The position numbers and the translations under genes are program-made. The notes below the pieces were generated by a model that worked only from the letters and a program-made list of their open reading frames with translations, made no database searches and was not told the DNA's origin. A stretch of 63,134 bases of DNA, counting the filler, from Octopus bimaculoides (Eukaryota), in the NCBI RefSeq assembly GCF_001194135.2. It is 7 parts of 7 records of this genome, joined end to end, with 100 filler letters (N's around TTAATTAATTAA, not from the genome) between each part and the next. Parts side by side here need not be neighbours in the genome. Positions count along the whole stretch, not along the records: positions 1 to 13,382 come from NC_069006.1; positions 13,483 to 37,531 come from NC_068983.1; 5 more parts are not named here. The stretch is one strand, 5' to 3'. Each line of letters opens with the position of its first letter. Within the stretch, counting starts at the first letter, position 1. Positions 1 through 14,500 of this stretch are shown here, in pieces.

Positions 1-7
1 ATATGTG

Positions 8-38
<31 letters not shown>

Positions 39-635
39 AGGTATATATATATATATATACGCACTCTAATTGCTGATGTATCATTGTCCACTCAACGGCT
101 AGCCATTCTCAACTGCACATCTTTGTCTCTCCTCCAACTCCCCTTCTCTCTCTCGCTCTCTCTCTCTCCCTCCCTGCTTATAATGTGTTTGCTCAATAAA
201 CTCCATAATTTCACTATCTTTATGTCTATTCTCTAATATCAACATATCTACAAAAGCCACACTTTGATATTCCTTATAATTTATTACTTGACTTCTACAT
301 TAATTTCACTGACAGCCATTTTTATTTTTTAATTTTTTTCTTTCATATTTTTCTCTCTTTGAACATTTTAAGTCTTTTCATTTTATTTTCATGTTTGTTT
401 TTGTCCATATTTTATTGTACTTTTATTGTATATTACTGCCGATTATTGTTATTGCTGTTGTCGTTTTTATTAGCATTGTTTGTTGTTCCTTGTTATTGAT
501 TTGTTAGTTATTTTTCTCGCATTGTTTTGTTGTCAGTTGTTAGTTGTTTGTATTTTTCTTTTTTGTTTCATTGTGTATCAATTGCAATGGAAGACAGCAA
601 TTTTTTGAATTTGCTGATAACGATCACTGATGGAT

Positions 636-715
<80 letters not shown>

Positions 716-2201
716 GTAAATATATATACGCTCGTATTTGTATGACCATATCTCTGTGTATATGTAGGTATGTATATTCATAAATATGAATTATATGTAT
801 GTTTGTGAATTATAAGTGTATGTGTGTGCGTATATCTATATAGACGGGCTTCTTGCAGTTTCTGGCTACGAAATCCACTCACAAGGCTTTGGTCGGCCTG
901 GGGCTATAGTAGAAGACACTTGGCCAAGGTGCCGCGTAGTGGGAACGAACCTGGAACCATGTTTATTTATTTATTTGGTCTTTTGTAAATCTGGTACTCA
1001 TTCTATCAGACATTTTTACCGAAACGCTATGGTACGGTGATGTAAACAAACCAACACCTTTTGTCATGCACAAACGCACGCACACACACATAAATACACA
1101 CATGCCATGGGCTTCCAATTGTTTCCAGCTACCAAATTCACTCACAAGACGTTAAAATCTATAGTTGAAGACATTTGGCCAAGGAGCCGCGCAGTGGGAA
1201 CGAACCTGAAACCATGTGGTTACAAAATGAATTTATTAACAACACAACTAAATCTGCGCCTAAGTGAACCTTCTTCGTTTTCATATTAAAACCTCACTTC
1301 TACAGTTCAGAGGGGTTGATAAAACATGTACCAGTTATGTGCTTGAGTTGATTCAGATAACTATGGCCCCTTACGTTTGAGCTGAACCAATCATAAGAGA
1401 CGCCTCGCCCCGGTTTGAAACTCTAGAAACAAATTAATAATCCTTTATACTATAGGCACAAGGCCTGAAAATTTGGGGGAGGGGGACAGGTCGCTTACAT
1501 CAACCCCAATACTCAACTGGTATTTAGTTTTATCGACACAGAAAGGATAAACGGCAAAATTTGAACTCAGCGGAATTTGAACTCAGAACGTCTTTAAGAC
1601 GCACGAAACGTCGTCAAGCATTTTACCCGGCGCGCTAACGATTCTGTGAGTTCACACCTCGAATTAAGTTAATAATGCTGCAAGCTCTCCTACTGAGAGG
1701 GATTAAGGCCGTCGGAGTTTGTAGCGTAACCTTTTTTTCTATCTTAATGTGTTGTTCCAGGTTTGGTCACCAGTGTTTGCGTCTCTGAGCCTTTAGGCCT
1801 CGTGTGACTGGGCTAACAAGGATTAAATTAGCCTTGACTTATAACAGATTCCAATCTGAGGTCCCTTGACCACAAAAGCTACTTTGACGTGATCTTTGTA
1901 ATCTTGTCTATCTCACCAGTGGTCTTCATCTCTTGTCTATGTTCCCAACGAAACTTCTGTAAGCCATTGCGCACTGGTGATGCTGTAAAATCTACGGTAC
2001 CCCGCTCCACTAGGAAATGAAAATATAAAAATAATAGAGGGGTGATACTCAGGGGTGATACTCAGGGGTGCCTGCCATATAAAAGGTAATTAGCAAAATG
2101 ATCGGAATGCGTCAAGAAATTTTAGCCAATGAAAAGTAGTATCCGAGGTGAGAATAAAGGATATCATTGAATTAATGTCCCTCTGATATCATTGAATTAA
2201 A

Positions 2202-2246
2202 GTCCCTCTGATGAAGTATAATATAGCGAAACAGGCAGTCATTGAT
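2202..2246 (+). ncRNA. Decayed hammerhead-like motif (separate family)
   Basis: GTCCCT-CTGATGA-A-GTATAATATAGC-GAAAC-AGGCA-GTC-ATTGAT: intact core and GUC triplet, but stems I and II are imperfect. Confidence 0.45.
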
Positions 2247-2924
2247 GGATCATGTTCTTAATTAACTTAATTGGATTCAATTACCATGGTGGTCTACCCC
2301 GTGTTTCTTGAGCAGAATGAATAATTAAGAAAACGATTTATGCTTCTCATTGCTGATATGAAATTATCCGATCGCAGCATTAGGTATATTAGCCGCGTTG
2401 TTTTATGCAGCAGGAGACCCTGAGTAATAAATACTCTCATTTATTATTTTAAATTATGATTCCAAACCGTGTTGTTTCTTCTAATTTGTGCTTCTGCACC
2501 ACTCACCCACACACACATGTACATATATGGATGGATAGATAGACCTACCTACCTATCTATCTATATATCTATCTATCATGGTTCCGGGTTCAGTCCCACT
2601 ACCTGTCACCTTGGGCAAGTGTCTTCTACTATAGCCTCGGGCCGACCAAAGCCTTGTGAGTGGATTTGGTAGACGGAAACTGAAAGAAGCCCATCATATA
2701 TATTTATCTTATGATATTTACTTTACTTTATATTATACTCATTTATTGTGCTTTTAATTATTAATTTTTCTATATGTGATAGTGGATTTTCATCGATGAG
2801 TTCTTGAAACTTGGTTATTTTCCCAAAAACTATATATTTTATATATTTTATCTATCAATTTAATTTTAATTTTTTATAAATTGATTTTAATTGAGTTTTT
2901 ACCTGTAATTTTGGATTTTGTCCC

Positions 2925-2991
<67 letters not shown>

Positions 2992-3009
2992 GAGTGTGTA
3001 TGTGTGTGT

Positions 3010-3230
3010 GCATATGTTTGTGTGTCTGTCTTTGTCCCCCACAACATTGCTTGACAGCCGATGCTGGTGTGTTTACATCCACGTAACTTAGCGGCTCGGC
3101 AATAGAGATTGATAGAGCAAGTACTAGGCTTACAAAGTATAAGTCCTGGGGTCGGTTTGCTCGACTAACGGTTGTGCTCCAGCATGGCCACAGTCAAATG
3201 ACTGAAACTAGTAAAAGAGTAAAAGAGAAC
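3010..3230 (+). mobile_element. SINE family C, 3' half (CGTAACTTAGCGG..CCAGCATGGCCACAGTC)
   Basis: Recurring core. 5' halves and other copies at about 825-1260 (-), 2575-2700, 9200-9540, 14720-14850 (-), 16335-16460, 25720-25870, 27770-27880 (-), 29990-30395 (-), 38245-38415, 45140-45500, 60480-60620 (-) and 61345-61490 (-). Confidence 0.75.
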
Positions 3231-4879
3231 ATATAACCGCGCGTATATATGAGTGATCACAGACATGTATAGATAAAAATACATGCATGCTCGCCCACGT
3301 GAGTGAGTGTGTATGAGTGTGTATATATGTATATTTTTCTATTCATTATAGCATCTGTGAACAATTACATTTGCCCAAAGTTTGCATCTCCAGGAAGGGC
3401 AATAACAGAGAATAATGTAATTCCAAGGGACTGGCAGAACACAATGTGGCTGGCAAAACAAGGAACGATGTTTATGTCTGAAGTAATTTGGAAAGGTAGG
3501 ACGTGGCCAACTGGATCCTAGGAGTGGAGGCCACGGTGGAAGAGGTGCGACGAGAAGATAGGATGGCAGACTAGGGTAGCAACAGAGTGGGATGGATTAC
3601 AGTGAATGACTTTACGGGAATGAGTTGAGTGGCCCTTCTTGGAATGCCATGTTATTACTGAGAATCAGATAAGTCATGTATATATATGTGTATATATACA
3701 TACGTATGTGTACATACTTCCATCTATACCTATATATATATAATTATTACAAATTAAAAGGGTAAAGATTTAACACTTTATTAATTTATTAATAAATCAA
3801 CAATTAATAATTTTTACCAAGCCCTTCCGTATGTAAGCACCATTATCGGTGGAGAGCTTATTTAAAAGTTCCCATACATTTATATGGTGAAGCAAATACT
3901 TGCTGATCCCTTAATTATGTTTATATATATATATATATATATATATATGCATATGTGGGCACAGGACGTCATGAAACGTGTACAACAATACAAAAAAGAA
4001 AATACAAAGCACGAGTACATGGAACGTAAACTATTCTTTCGAACAACGAAAGACACGAATGGAAAACAAAACAGCCAAAAACTGATGAAGGGTCGTTCTT
4101 TATGTTGTTTGTTTTGTTTTTCATNNNNNNNNNNNNNNNNNNNNNNNNNNNNNNNNNNNNNNNNNNNNNNNNNNNNNNNNNNNNNNNNNNNNNNNNNNNN
4201 NNNNNNNNNNNNNNNNNNNNNNNNNNNNNNNNNNNNNNNNNNNNNNNNNNNNNNNNNNNNNNNNNNNNNNNNNNNNNNNNNNNNNNNNNNNNNNNNNNNN
4301 NNNNNNNNNNNNNNNNNNNNNNNNNNNNNNNNNNNNNNNNNNNNNNNNNNNNNNNNNNNNNNNNNNNNNNNNNNNNNNNNNNNNNNNNNNNNNNNNNNNN
4401 NNNNNNNNNNNNNNNNNNNNNNNNNNNNNNNNNNNNNNNNNNNNNNNNNNNNNNNNNNNNNNNNNNNNNNNNNNNNNNNNNNNNNNNNNNNNNNNNNNNN
4501 NNNNNNNNNNNNNNNNNNNNNNNNNNNNNNNNNNNNNNNNNNNNNNNNNNNNNNNNNNNNNNNNNNNNNNNNNNNNNNNNNNNNNNNNNNNNNNNNNNNN
4601 NNNNNNNNNNNNNNNNNNNNNNNNNNNNNNNNNNNNNNNNNNNNNNNNNNNNNNNNNNNNNNNNNNNNNNNNNNNNNNNNNNNNNNNNNNNNNNNNNNNN
4701 NNNNNNNNNNNNNNNNNNNNNNNNNNNNNNNNNNNNNNNNNNNNNNNNNNNNNNNNNNNNNNNNNNNNNNNNNNNNNNNNNNNNNNNNNATATGTATATC
4801 AATATCTATATATATATATTAATGGATTAACACAATGTATATATGTGATATCTCTACGCATACATACGTACCTGTATAT

Positions 4880-4911
<32 letters not shown>

Positions 4912-6230
4912 CATTTATATCGGTGATTCACTTCATTTTTCCTAACACTTCTACTTCCGCCTTGGGGCTTCTTCAATCTTTCCGATTAAATATGGCGTGG
5001 GTTATAAGTGAAGTCACAGTGAAAATTAATTTGATTATAAATTTGACACTACTTTTATTTAGAGTCCACCCTTTAGGTAAATATTCAGTTGTTAGTCTTG
5101 AAATTCGTTTTAAATGAGCCAAAATTACCTCACAAGTAGACATATCGTGGTAAATACACATACATACATACATANNNNNNNNNNATATATATATATATAT
5201 ATATGTAAGTATGTATGTATGTATTTATATACATATGTATCTATGCATGAATATATATACATACATATATGCATTTTTATGTATATATATATCATATACA
5301 TACATATGTGTGTGTGTGTGAATGTGTGTATGTGTGCATGTATACATAACTTTATGTATATGTATATCAATATCTATATATATATATTAATGGATTAACA
5401 CAATGTATATATGTGATATCTCTACGCATACATACGTACCTGTATATGCACACACACACACACACACACACACATCATTTATATCGGTGATTCACTTCAT
5501 TTTTCCTAACACTTCTACTTCCGCCTTGGGGCTTCTTCAATCTTTCCGATTAAATATGGCGTGGGTTATAAGTGAAGTCACAGTGAAAATTAATTTGATT
5601 ATAAATNNNNNNNNNNNNNNNNNNNNNNNNNNNNNNNNNNNNNNNNNNNNNNNNNNNNNNNNNNNNNNNNNNNNNNNNNNNNNNNNNNNNNNNNNNNNNN
5701 NNNNNNNNNNNNNNNNNNNNNNNNNNNNNNNNNNNNNNNNNNNNNNNNNNNNNNNNNNNNNNNNNNNNNNNNNNNNNNNNNNNNNNNNNNNNNNNNNNNN
5801 NNNNNNNNNNNNNNNNNNNNNNNNNNNNNNNNNNNNNNNNNNNNNNNNNNNNNNNNNNNNNNNNNNNNNNNNNNNNNNNNNNNNNNNNNNNNNNNNNNNN
5901 NNNNNNNNNNNNNNNNNNNNNNNNNNNNNNNNNNNNNNNNNNNNNNNNNNNNNNNNNNNNNNNNNNNNNNNNNNNNNNNNNNNNNNNNNNNNNNNNNNNN
6001 NNNNNNNNNNNNNNNNNNNNNNNNNNNNNNNNNNNNNNNNNNNNNNNNNNNNNNNNNNNNNNNNNNNNNNNNNNNNNNNNNNNNNNNNNNNNNNNNNNNN
6101 NNNNNNNNNNNNNNNNNNNNNNNNNNNNNNNNNNNNNNNNNNNNNNNNNNNNNNNNNNNNNNNNNNNNNNNNNNNNNNNNNNATACATGCATATATGTAT
6201 ATATATATATATATATAAATAAATACAAAC

Positions 6231-6296
<66 letters not shown>

Positions 6297-7010
6297 TTGT
6301 ATGTATATAATATACATACAAAGTTATACTTATAAATATACGTATATGCATGCATATGATAGTGTGAATGTATTTACGTATATATGTATGCGTATGTATA
6401 TTTATACTCTAAGAAGTTAGGTTGACAAATGAAATAAACTATTAATTTATGAACTCCATTAGCTTACAGCTGTTTCTGCTATAAGTTGCAACACACTCAT
6501 AGTTGAGTGTTAAGTATCACTCTATACCAAGTCGGATTAAGACTCATAGATGCCTTAAGCACGCAAAAGGCTTTGGCGCCTCCACATATAATTCGAAATG
6601 CAAACAATAATAAACGATAAAATAAATTTTCATTTTTCAAAATGGAGGAAGATCGGAAATAACGTTTATTTTTGTATCGCTCCAGTTTATTTATATCTGA
6701 AAAGTTCTCTTATCTTTTTTAATTACAAAATCTTTTATGAGATCCTCAAAATTAATTTTAAGTAAAACGCCTGCTTCTATACTTTGTAGAGACTAGGCAT
6801 CCCGGATATCATTTTAGCAAGTTTAAAGTTATTTCATTTGTGCCGTAAATCAGTTACCATTTCTGTGGTGCCCTCTCTTTCCATTGATGTCCTGAACACA
6901 TGCTCCTTTTGTTTAATGGTTAATTCTGCGCTGACTATATATTCATCGGAGATTTAATTTTATATTCATCAGCACTCTCATGTATGTATGTATGTATGTA
7001 TGTATGTATG

Positions 7011-7316
7011 TGTGGAGGCGCAATGGCCCAGTGGTTAGGGCATTGGACTCGCAGTCATAGGATCGCGGTTTCGATTCCCAGACCGAGCGTTGTGAGTGTT
7101 TATTGAGCGAAAACACCTAAAGCTCCACAAGGCTCTGGCAGGGGATGGTGGCGAACCCTGATGTACTCTTTCACCACAACTTTCTGTCACTCTTACTTCC
7201 AGTCTCTGTTGTACCTGTAATTCAAAGGGTCAGCCTTGTCACACTGTGTCACGCTGAATATCCCCGGGAACTACGTTAAGGGTACACGTGTCTGTGGAGT
7301 ACTCAGCCACTTGCAC
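7011..7316 (+). mobile_element. tRNA-derived SINE family A (cut by a gap)
   Basis: Same head and body as 58736-59120. Confidence 0.85.
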
Positions 7317-8518
7317 NNNNNNNNNNNNNNNNNNNNNNNNNNNNNNNNNNNNNNNNNNNNNNNNNNNNNNNNNNNNNNNNNNNNNNNNNNNNNNNNNNNN
7401 NNNNNNNNNNNNNNNNNNNNNNNNNNNNNNNNNNNNNNNNNNNNNNNNNNNNNNNNNNNNNNNNNNNNNNNNNNNNNNNNNNNNNNNNNNNNNNNNNNNN
7501 NNNNNNNNNNNNNNNNNNNNNNNNNNNNNNNNNNNNNNNNNNNNNNNNNNNNNNNNNNNNNNNNNNNNNNNNNNNNNNNNNNNNNNNNNNNNNNNNNNNN
7601 NNNNNNNNNNNNNNNNNNNNNNNNNNNNNNNNNNNNNNNNNNNNNNNNNNNNNNNNNNNNNNNNNNNNNNNNNNNNNNNNNNNNNNNNNNNNNNNNNNNN
7701 NNNNNNNNNNNNNNNNNNNNNNNNNNNNNNNNNNNNNNNNNNNNNNNNNNNNNNNNNNNNNNNNNNNNNNNNNNNNNNNNNNNNNNNNNNNNNNNNNNNN
7801 NNNNNNNNNNNNNNNNNNNNNNNNNNNNNNNNNNNNNNNNNNNNNNNNNNNNNNNNNNNNNNNNNNNNNNNNNNNNNNNNNNNNNNNNNNNNNNNNNNNN
7901 NNNNNNNNATATATATATATTTGTTCCATGTGTGCCATAAATATCGCCATCCATTTAGAGAAAAATTTGTAGTTTAGAATCAGTAGTTCTTTGACTGCTA
8001 TTTCTAAATTTTCAGTATATTGGAGAAGCAACTCAATGCTAATCCCTGTATATTTATGATGATAAATGGTTTTACCGATAAAGGTTTTTTCATACTGAAC
8101 TACTTGACAAAATTGTTAATTATTAATTCTATTACTAATTGACGATTCCCTGCCCTTATTCTTGTATAATTTATATATATATATATATACACACATATAT
8201 AAATACGTACGTACATATATATGCACTTTATATATATACACACACGCATATATGTATGTACATCTATGTAACATCCAACATTATGTGGTGCTCTGTACAT
8301 TGGCAGCAGCTGTCTACATTTCTTTCTTCAAACAAATAAACATACAGATAAAACTTCTAAAATTTGGCAGAAGATTCTTTGGCAGGAATGGAAAATAATG
8401 GTTTCAGCGCAGACTTGTATCTGCTGAGTGAGTTCCTGTATTCTGGTGTTTTTGTGAAGGCGTGCGTTTCTCTCTGTTGCTTTGTGCATGTGCGCGTGTG
8501 TGTATGTGTGTGTATGTA

Positions 8519-8551
<33 letters not shown>

Positions 8552-9717
8552 AGAATGATTCAGGAAATGAAGAATCTTAAACCGCCTTCGTGTGTTCGCG
8601 CACGCGCATACACACACACACACACACTCACACACACATACGCACACACATATGTATGTATATATTGAGAAATCTCGACTTTTTAAAATTCATTCTTCGT
8701 ATATCTGTCAGTGTGTCTGTCTGCCAGTCAGACGATATGTCTTTTGGATATTGTTGTTGTTGTTGTTCTTGTTTTAATTTCTTAATACATATGCCTGTAT
8801 ATTGCATGTACATATGCACACGTAGATATGCATATATACATACATGCACATGTGTGTATGTGTGTGTGTACGTGTATATTGCAATCACATAGCAATCCAG
8901 TCAAATATGGAACATACTTCCGGCGAAGAATAAAATGTCGGCAACAATTAATAAATGATAAATATAGTCTGGTGTACTAAAGGAGGAGGTGGAGATGGAG
9001 GAGGAGGAGGAGGAAGACTAGAATGTATCAGAGAGGAAAACACAAAAGAGTGGATGCTGACTAAATAGATACAGCGAAGGATGTGAGGGAGATATGGAAG
9101 TGGGTGTTGTGTACGTGCCTGTGGTGCGGGTAACAGTGGGAGGAGTGAGAAACTGAGAGAGTGACTATCAAGGGTTTCCACTGCCTAGAAGGGTGGGATT
9201 GGTTTGGGTGGTCCCCACGGCTGGGAGGTTAAGAGGCTCGCTTTTGTAACTCTGCAGTTTCTGGTACAGTTCCGCGGCGTGCTACCATGGGCAAGTGTTT
9301 TCTACTGTAACGCCGGAGCCGACCTTGTGGTGGCCCGTCTTATATTCTTTTATTTCTTTCAGTCACTTGACTGCGGTCATGCTGGAGCACCGCCTTTAGT
9401 CGAACAAGTCAATCCCGGGACTTATTACTCTTTGTAAGTGTAGTACATATCCCATCGATCTCTTTTGCCGAACCGCTAGTTTACGGGGACGTAAACACAA
9501 CCAGCGATAATGGGGTGGGGGGACAAACAGACACACACCCACGAAAAAACACAAACATATATTTACGCACATATTTACATACACACATATATATACACAT
9601 ACTTGTATATATACGTACATATGTATATACATATACATACGAATATATACAAACATATATGCACATAATGTATATATATATATACATATATAGAGAGATA
9701 AGTATAGATATATATCC

Positions 9718-9804
<87 letters not shown>

Positions 9805-10771
9805 CATATACATATATTGGACAACGATATGCCGATCCATCCATGAGATAAATAGGGACCATATTGAAAAAACCCCTCTCCACTCGGAGAATGGTAAAAC
9901 AGGGCGTTGTCTTCCCAAGAATCGGAAGAGATGATGATCAAGTTTGGCGAACGAGAAGTGGAGCAATGCAAGACAGAGGGGGGGGGGGTTCGTAACGATG
10001 ATGATATATTAGTAAAGAGATCAAGATTTTGGTTTAAAGGCATCTAACAACAGTTGGTCGTCATAAAACAACCCTCGGAGCCAATATTTCAGGGAGAGTT
10101 ATGAAAGGAAGCTGGGAGGCGGGGTAGAATTGAAATATCTAATTAAAGATTTCACCAAACTACTTGACCATTCTGGACTTTCAATGACTTTCTCTAACCT
10201 TCGTTGACCTCTTCTTCGACTACCAGCTGACCTCACGCTAAATTTGTTAATTGCAAACGCAAACAAACCGTCCGTTTCTGTTGCAATCTCTGATTGAGGA
10301 GTTTTCTATAACAAGATATTTATGGCCTGTGTAAACTAAAAATATTCTAATTAAACAGAAATGTGTTATTGTGTGTCCTTGTGTCTGTATGTGTGTACAT
10401 GCAATCAGCGTGTATTCGCATGTGTATTTATGTGTATGTGTGTGCCTATGTGTGTGTGTGAGTTTTATGCTTACATTTTAATTAATATTTTGCTCAAGAT
10501 ATTTATGGCTACTTTTCTTATCCAGAAAATCAAATGTTGTCTATTTAAGACGAACGGAGAGTATAGCCATACTCATATACACACTCGTATACGTACAACC
10601 ACGCACACACATATATCTACGCGCATACACAAACACACACGCACACACACACATATATATATATATGCATATATATACGTACATATATACACGTACTTGT
10701 ATGTATATACATACGTATACATATATACATATGCATATACGTATACATATATACATATGCATATACATATA

Positions 10772-10832
<61 letters not shown>

Positions 10833-11435
10833 NNNNNNNNNNNNNNNNNNNNNNNNNNNNNNNNNNNNNNNNNNNNNNNNNNNNNNNNNNNNNNNNNNNN
10901 NNNNNNNNNNNNNNNNNNNNNNNNNNNNNNNNNNNNNNNNNNNNNNNNNNNNNNNNNNNNNNNNNNNNNNNNNNNNNNNNNNNNNNNNNNNNNNNNNNNN
11001 NNNNNNNNNNNNNNNNNNNNNNNNNNNNNNNNNNNNNNNNNNNNNNNNNNNNNNNNNNNNNNNNNNNNNNNNNNNNNNNNNNNNNNNNNNNNNNNNNNNN
11101 NNNNNNNNNNNNNNNNNNNNNNNNNNNNNNNNNNNNNNNNNNNNNNNNNNNNNNNNNNNNNNNNNNNNNNNNNNNNNNNNNNNNNNNNNNNNNNNNNNNN
11201 NNNNNNNNNNNNNNNNNNNNNNNNNNNNNNNNNNNNNNNNNNNNNNNNNNNNNNNNNNNNNNNNNNNNNNNNNNNNNNNNNNNNNNNNNNNNNNNNNNNN
11301 NNNNNNNNNNNNNNNNNNNNNNNNNNNNNNNNNNNNNNNNNNNNNNNNNNNNNNNNNNNNNNNNNNNNNNNNNNNNNNNNNNNNNNNNNNNNNNNNNNNN
11401 NNNNNNNNNNNNNNNNNNNNNNNNNNNNNNNNNAT

Positions 11436-11476
<41 letters not shown>

Positions 11477-12298
11477 ACAGACACACAAGTGTGTGTGAGT
11501 GTGCATTCGGTGTACATGACCCCAAAAGCTAACGCCATCAAACATTTTATTTATTTTCAAATACCTCCTCACGTATGCATTATCTAATATATGTATGTTT
11601 GTATGTATGCATGTATGTATGTATGTGTGTGTATAGGTATGTATATAGGCATACGTGCAATTGTGTATGGTTTTCTGCGTGTTTGTGTATGTTGCTTATA
11701 TAAATAATATTACGGCAATCTAAAAATTCTGGCGAATGTTAAATCTATGATTTGACGTTAATTAATCTAAATGTAACCGCTTTGAAATCATTAATTATTA
11801 TTCCTCGTGTTTACTTTATGAATAAACAAACAAGAACAGCAACAAAAACAACAACAATAATAAATGTTTCTACTGAAGGCACAATTCGAACTCAATGTAG
11901 GGACGGGCGAATTACCGCCAAGCATTTCACTCGCATGCTAGCGATTCTGTCAGCAAGCCGCCTTACTACTACTATTACTACTGATGATGATGATGATGAT
12001 ATTAATAATAATAATAATAATAATGACGATAATAATTCATGTTTACTTGCATTTTCTAATTTCTTCGCGCCGAGCGAATTGCTTAGCGGCATTTCGTCTG
12101 TCCTCACGTTCTGAGTTCGAATTCCGCCGGGATCGACTTTGCCTTTCATCCTTTCGGGGTCGATAAATTAAATACCAGTGAAACACAGGGGTCGATGTAG
12201 TCGACATGTGCTCTCCCCTACAATTTCAGGCCTTGTGCCTATGGTAGAAAGAATTATTATTATTATTATTATTATTATCATCATTATTATTATTATTG

Positions 12299-12345
<47 letters not shown>

Positions 12346-13306
12346 GTTATTGTTATTGAAGGCGGTGAGCTGACAAAATTGTTAGCACCTCAGACGAAAT
12401 GCTTAGCAGTATTTCGCCCATCCCNNNNNNNNNNNNNNNNNNNNNNNNNNNNNNNNNNNNNNNNNNNNNNNNNNNNNNNNNNNNNNNNNNNNNNNNNNNN
12501 NNNNNNNNNNNNNNNNNNNNNNNNNNNNNNNNNNNNNNNNNNNNNNNNNNNNNNNNNNNNNNNNNNNNNNNNNNNNNNNNNNNNNNNNNNNNNNNNNNNN
12601 NNNNNNNNNNNNNNNNNNNNNNNNNNNNNNNNNNNNNNNNNNNNNNNNNNNNNNNNNNNNNNNNNNNNNNNNNNNNNNNNNNNNNNNNNNNNNNNNNNNN
12701 NNNNNNNNNNNNNNNNNNNNNNNNNNNNNNNNNNNNNNNNNNNNNNNNNNNNNNNNNNNNNNNNNNNNNNNNNNNNNNNNNNNNNNNNNNNNNNNNNNNN
12801 NNNNNNNNNNNNNNNNNNNNNNNNNNNNNNNNNNNNNNNNNNNNNNNNNNNNNNNNNNNNNNNNNNNNNNNNNNNNNNNNNNNNNNNNNNNNNNNNNNNN
12901 NNNNNNNNNNNNNNNNNNNNNNNNNCGGGGTCGATGAAAAAAGTACCAGTTACGCAATGGGATCGATATAATTGACTAGCTCCTTCCTCAAAAATTTTGA
13001 TGAACTTGTGCCCAGAGTAGAAATGATAATTATAATGATAATGATATTAATAATAATAATGAGAAGAAGAAGAAGAAGCATAAGAGTAATTATTATTATT
13101 ATTATTGGTATCCTTAATGTACACTGGATGGCGCTGCAGTTTTAAAGTGCTGGGCAAAATATCTAACGCTATTTGATCCGGCTCATTACACTCTGGCATC
13201 AAAGGCTAAATTAGGTCAGTTTTTCCTTTCATCTTTCCGGAGGCTTCAATATATAATAATCACTTCTCAAAATAATTGTCCCGGTAATTAATACAAATTT
13301 TGTTTT

Positions 13307-13382
<76 letters not shown>

Positions 13383-13482
13383 NNNNNNNNNNNNNNNNNN
13401 NNNNNNNNNNNNNNNNNNNNNNNNNNTTAATTAATTAANNNNNNNNNNNNNNNNNNNNNNNNNNNNNNNNNNNNNNNNNNNN
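13383..13482. other. Artificial scaffold-join spacer (N44-TTAATTAATTAA-N44)
   Basis: Identical 100-nt six-frame-stop spacers also at 37532-37631, 43410-43509, 53491-53590, 58569-58668 and 61947-62046. Confidence 0.95.
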
Positions 13483-13666
13483 TTAATGTACCAATCTGTT
13501 GCATGTTGGGTGGACTGAATGTGAATTCTTAATGTACCAATCTGTTGCATGCTGGGTAGACTGAATGTGAATTCTTAATGTACCAATCTGTTGCATGCTG
13601 GGTAGACTGAATGTGAATTCTTAATGTACCAATCTGTTGCATGCTGGGTAGACTGAATGTGAATTC
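13483..13666. repeat. 46-bp minisatellite, 4 copies, 40 bp upstream of the ELP1 acceptor
   Basis: TTAATGTACCAATCTGTTGCATG(C/T)TGGGT(A/G)GACTGAATGTGAATTC starting at 13483, 13529, 13575 and 13621. Confidence 0.95.
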
Positions 13667-13705
13667 TTGATGTGATGTTAATGTCCTAATGTTTCTTTGT
13701 TTTAG

Positions 13706-13880
13706 ATGTACAAATATAAAAGACAAGATTTTATCGAGACTAATTTGAAAGAAGCTATTCTCGCTGCCTGCCAGAATGAAATGGATTCTTTAGAAAACAT
13801 GTTTACTGACTTTAAACGTCATATGAAACGGTTAGTTTTGGTGAGAAAGGAAAAACAAAAGGCTAAACTTGATATATACG
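13706..13880 (+). CDS. ELP1: Elongator complex protein 1, internal exon (first ELP1 exon visible in the window)
   Basis: ttttag acceptor and G|gtaag donor. MYKYKRQDFIETNLKEAILAACQNEMDSLENMFTDFKRHMKRLVLVRKEK matches my recall of the ELP1/IKBKAP C-terminal region ([20 protein letters not shown]...FSRHKKRLLVVRE). Confidence 0.93.
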
Positions 13881-14209
13881 GTAAGGGTCCAAACAGTAAT
13901 TATTAATGTTTAATCTTCTGTGTAACAAGTAGCAAGCTGGTAGAATCATTAGCACGTTGGACGAAATGCTTAGCAGCATTTCTTCCAGCTCTTTATGTTC
14001 CAAGGTCAAATCCCTGTTGAGATCAACTTTGACTTTCATCCTTTTGGGGTTAATTGAATAAAATATCAATCAAATACTGGAACTGATGGAATCAACTCAG
14101 CCATTTTCTTCAAAAGTTGCTGACCATGAATTTTGCCCAACAACCCCCAGGTTTTAATTTAAATTTCTTGAAGCAAGATATCAGGTAATTGCTAAGTTTG
14201 GTTAGATTC

Positions 14210-14500
14210 ATCATCATCAACGCTTAACGTCCGCTTTCCATGCTAGCATGGGTTGGACGATTTGACTGAGGACTGGCAAGCCAGAAGGCTGCACCAGGGT
14301 TCAATCTGATCTGGCAAAGTTTCTACAGCTGGATGCCCTTCCTAATGCCAACCACTCCAAGAGTGTAGTGGGTGCTTTTTATGTGCCACCAGCACGAGGG
14401 CCAGTCAGGCAGTATTGGCATTAACTATGCTCGAATTGTACCTTTTACGTGCCAGTAGCATGGGAGCCAGTCAGGCAGTACTGGCATTGATCGATTCTGT
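14210..14500 (-). mobile_element. (GAT)n-tailed repeat family D (probable RTE LINE 3' end or RTE-dependent SINE)
   Basis: CATCAT..TTAACGTCCGCTTTCCATGCTAGCATGGGTTGGACG core. Other copies at about 14520-14700, 16470-16980, 18520-19020, 20310-20440, 29700-29830, 31045-31360, 31650-31710 and 35115-35340. Confidence 0.7.

Noticed and set aside
4790-5606. Near-identical ~245-bp direct duplication (4790-5040 and 5362-5606)
   Set aside because: Both copies end at N gaps and differ only in microsatellite length; most likely unmerged haplotype or contig overlap.
3884-12975. Many long ORFs in the supplied track (poly-X, YIYI, HTHT, CVCV)
   Set aside because: They are read-through of N gaps and dinucleotide microsatellites, not coding sequence.
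13427-13438. Recurring TTAATTAATTAA palindrome (six times)
   Set aside because: Always centred in exactly 44+44 Ns; a synthetic six-frame-stop linker.
13483-13666. Regular repeat as a CRISPR-like array
   Set aside because: Units are directly tandem with no unique spacers, in a eukaryotic context.
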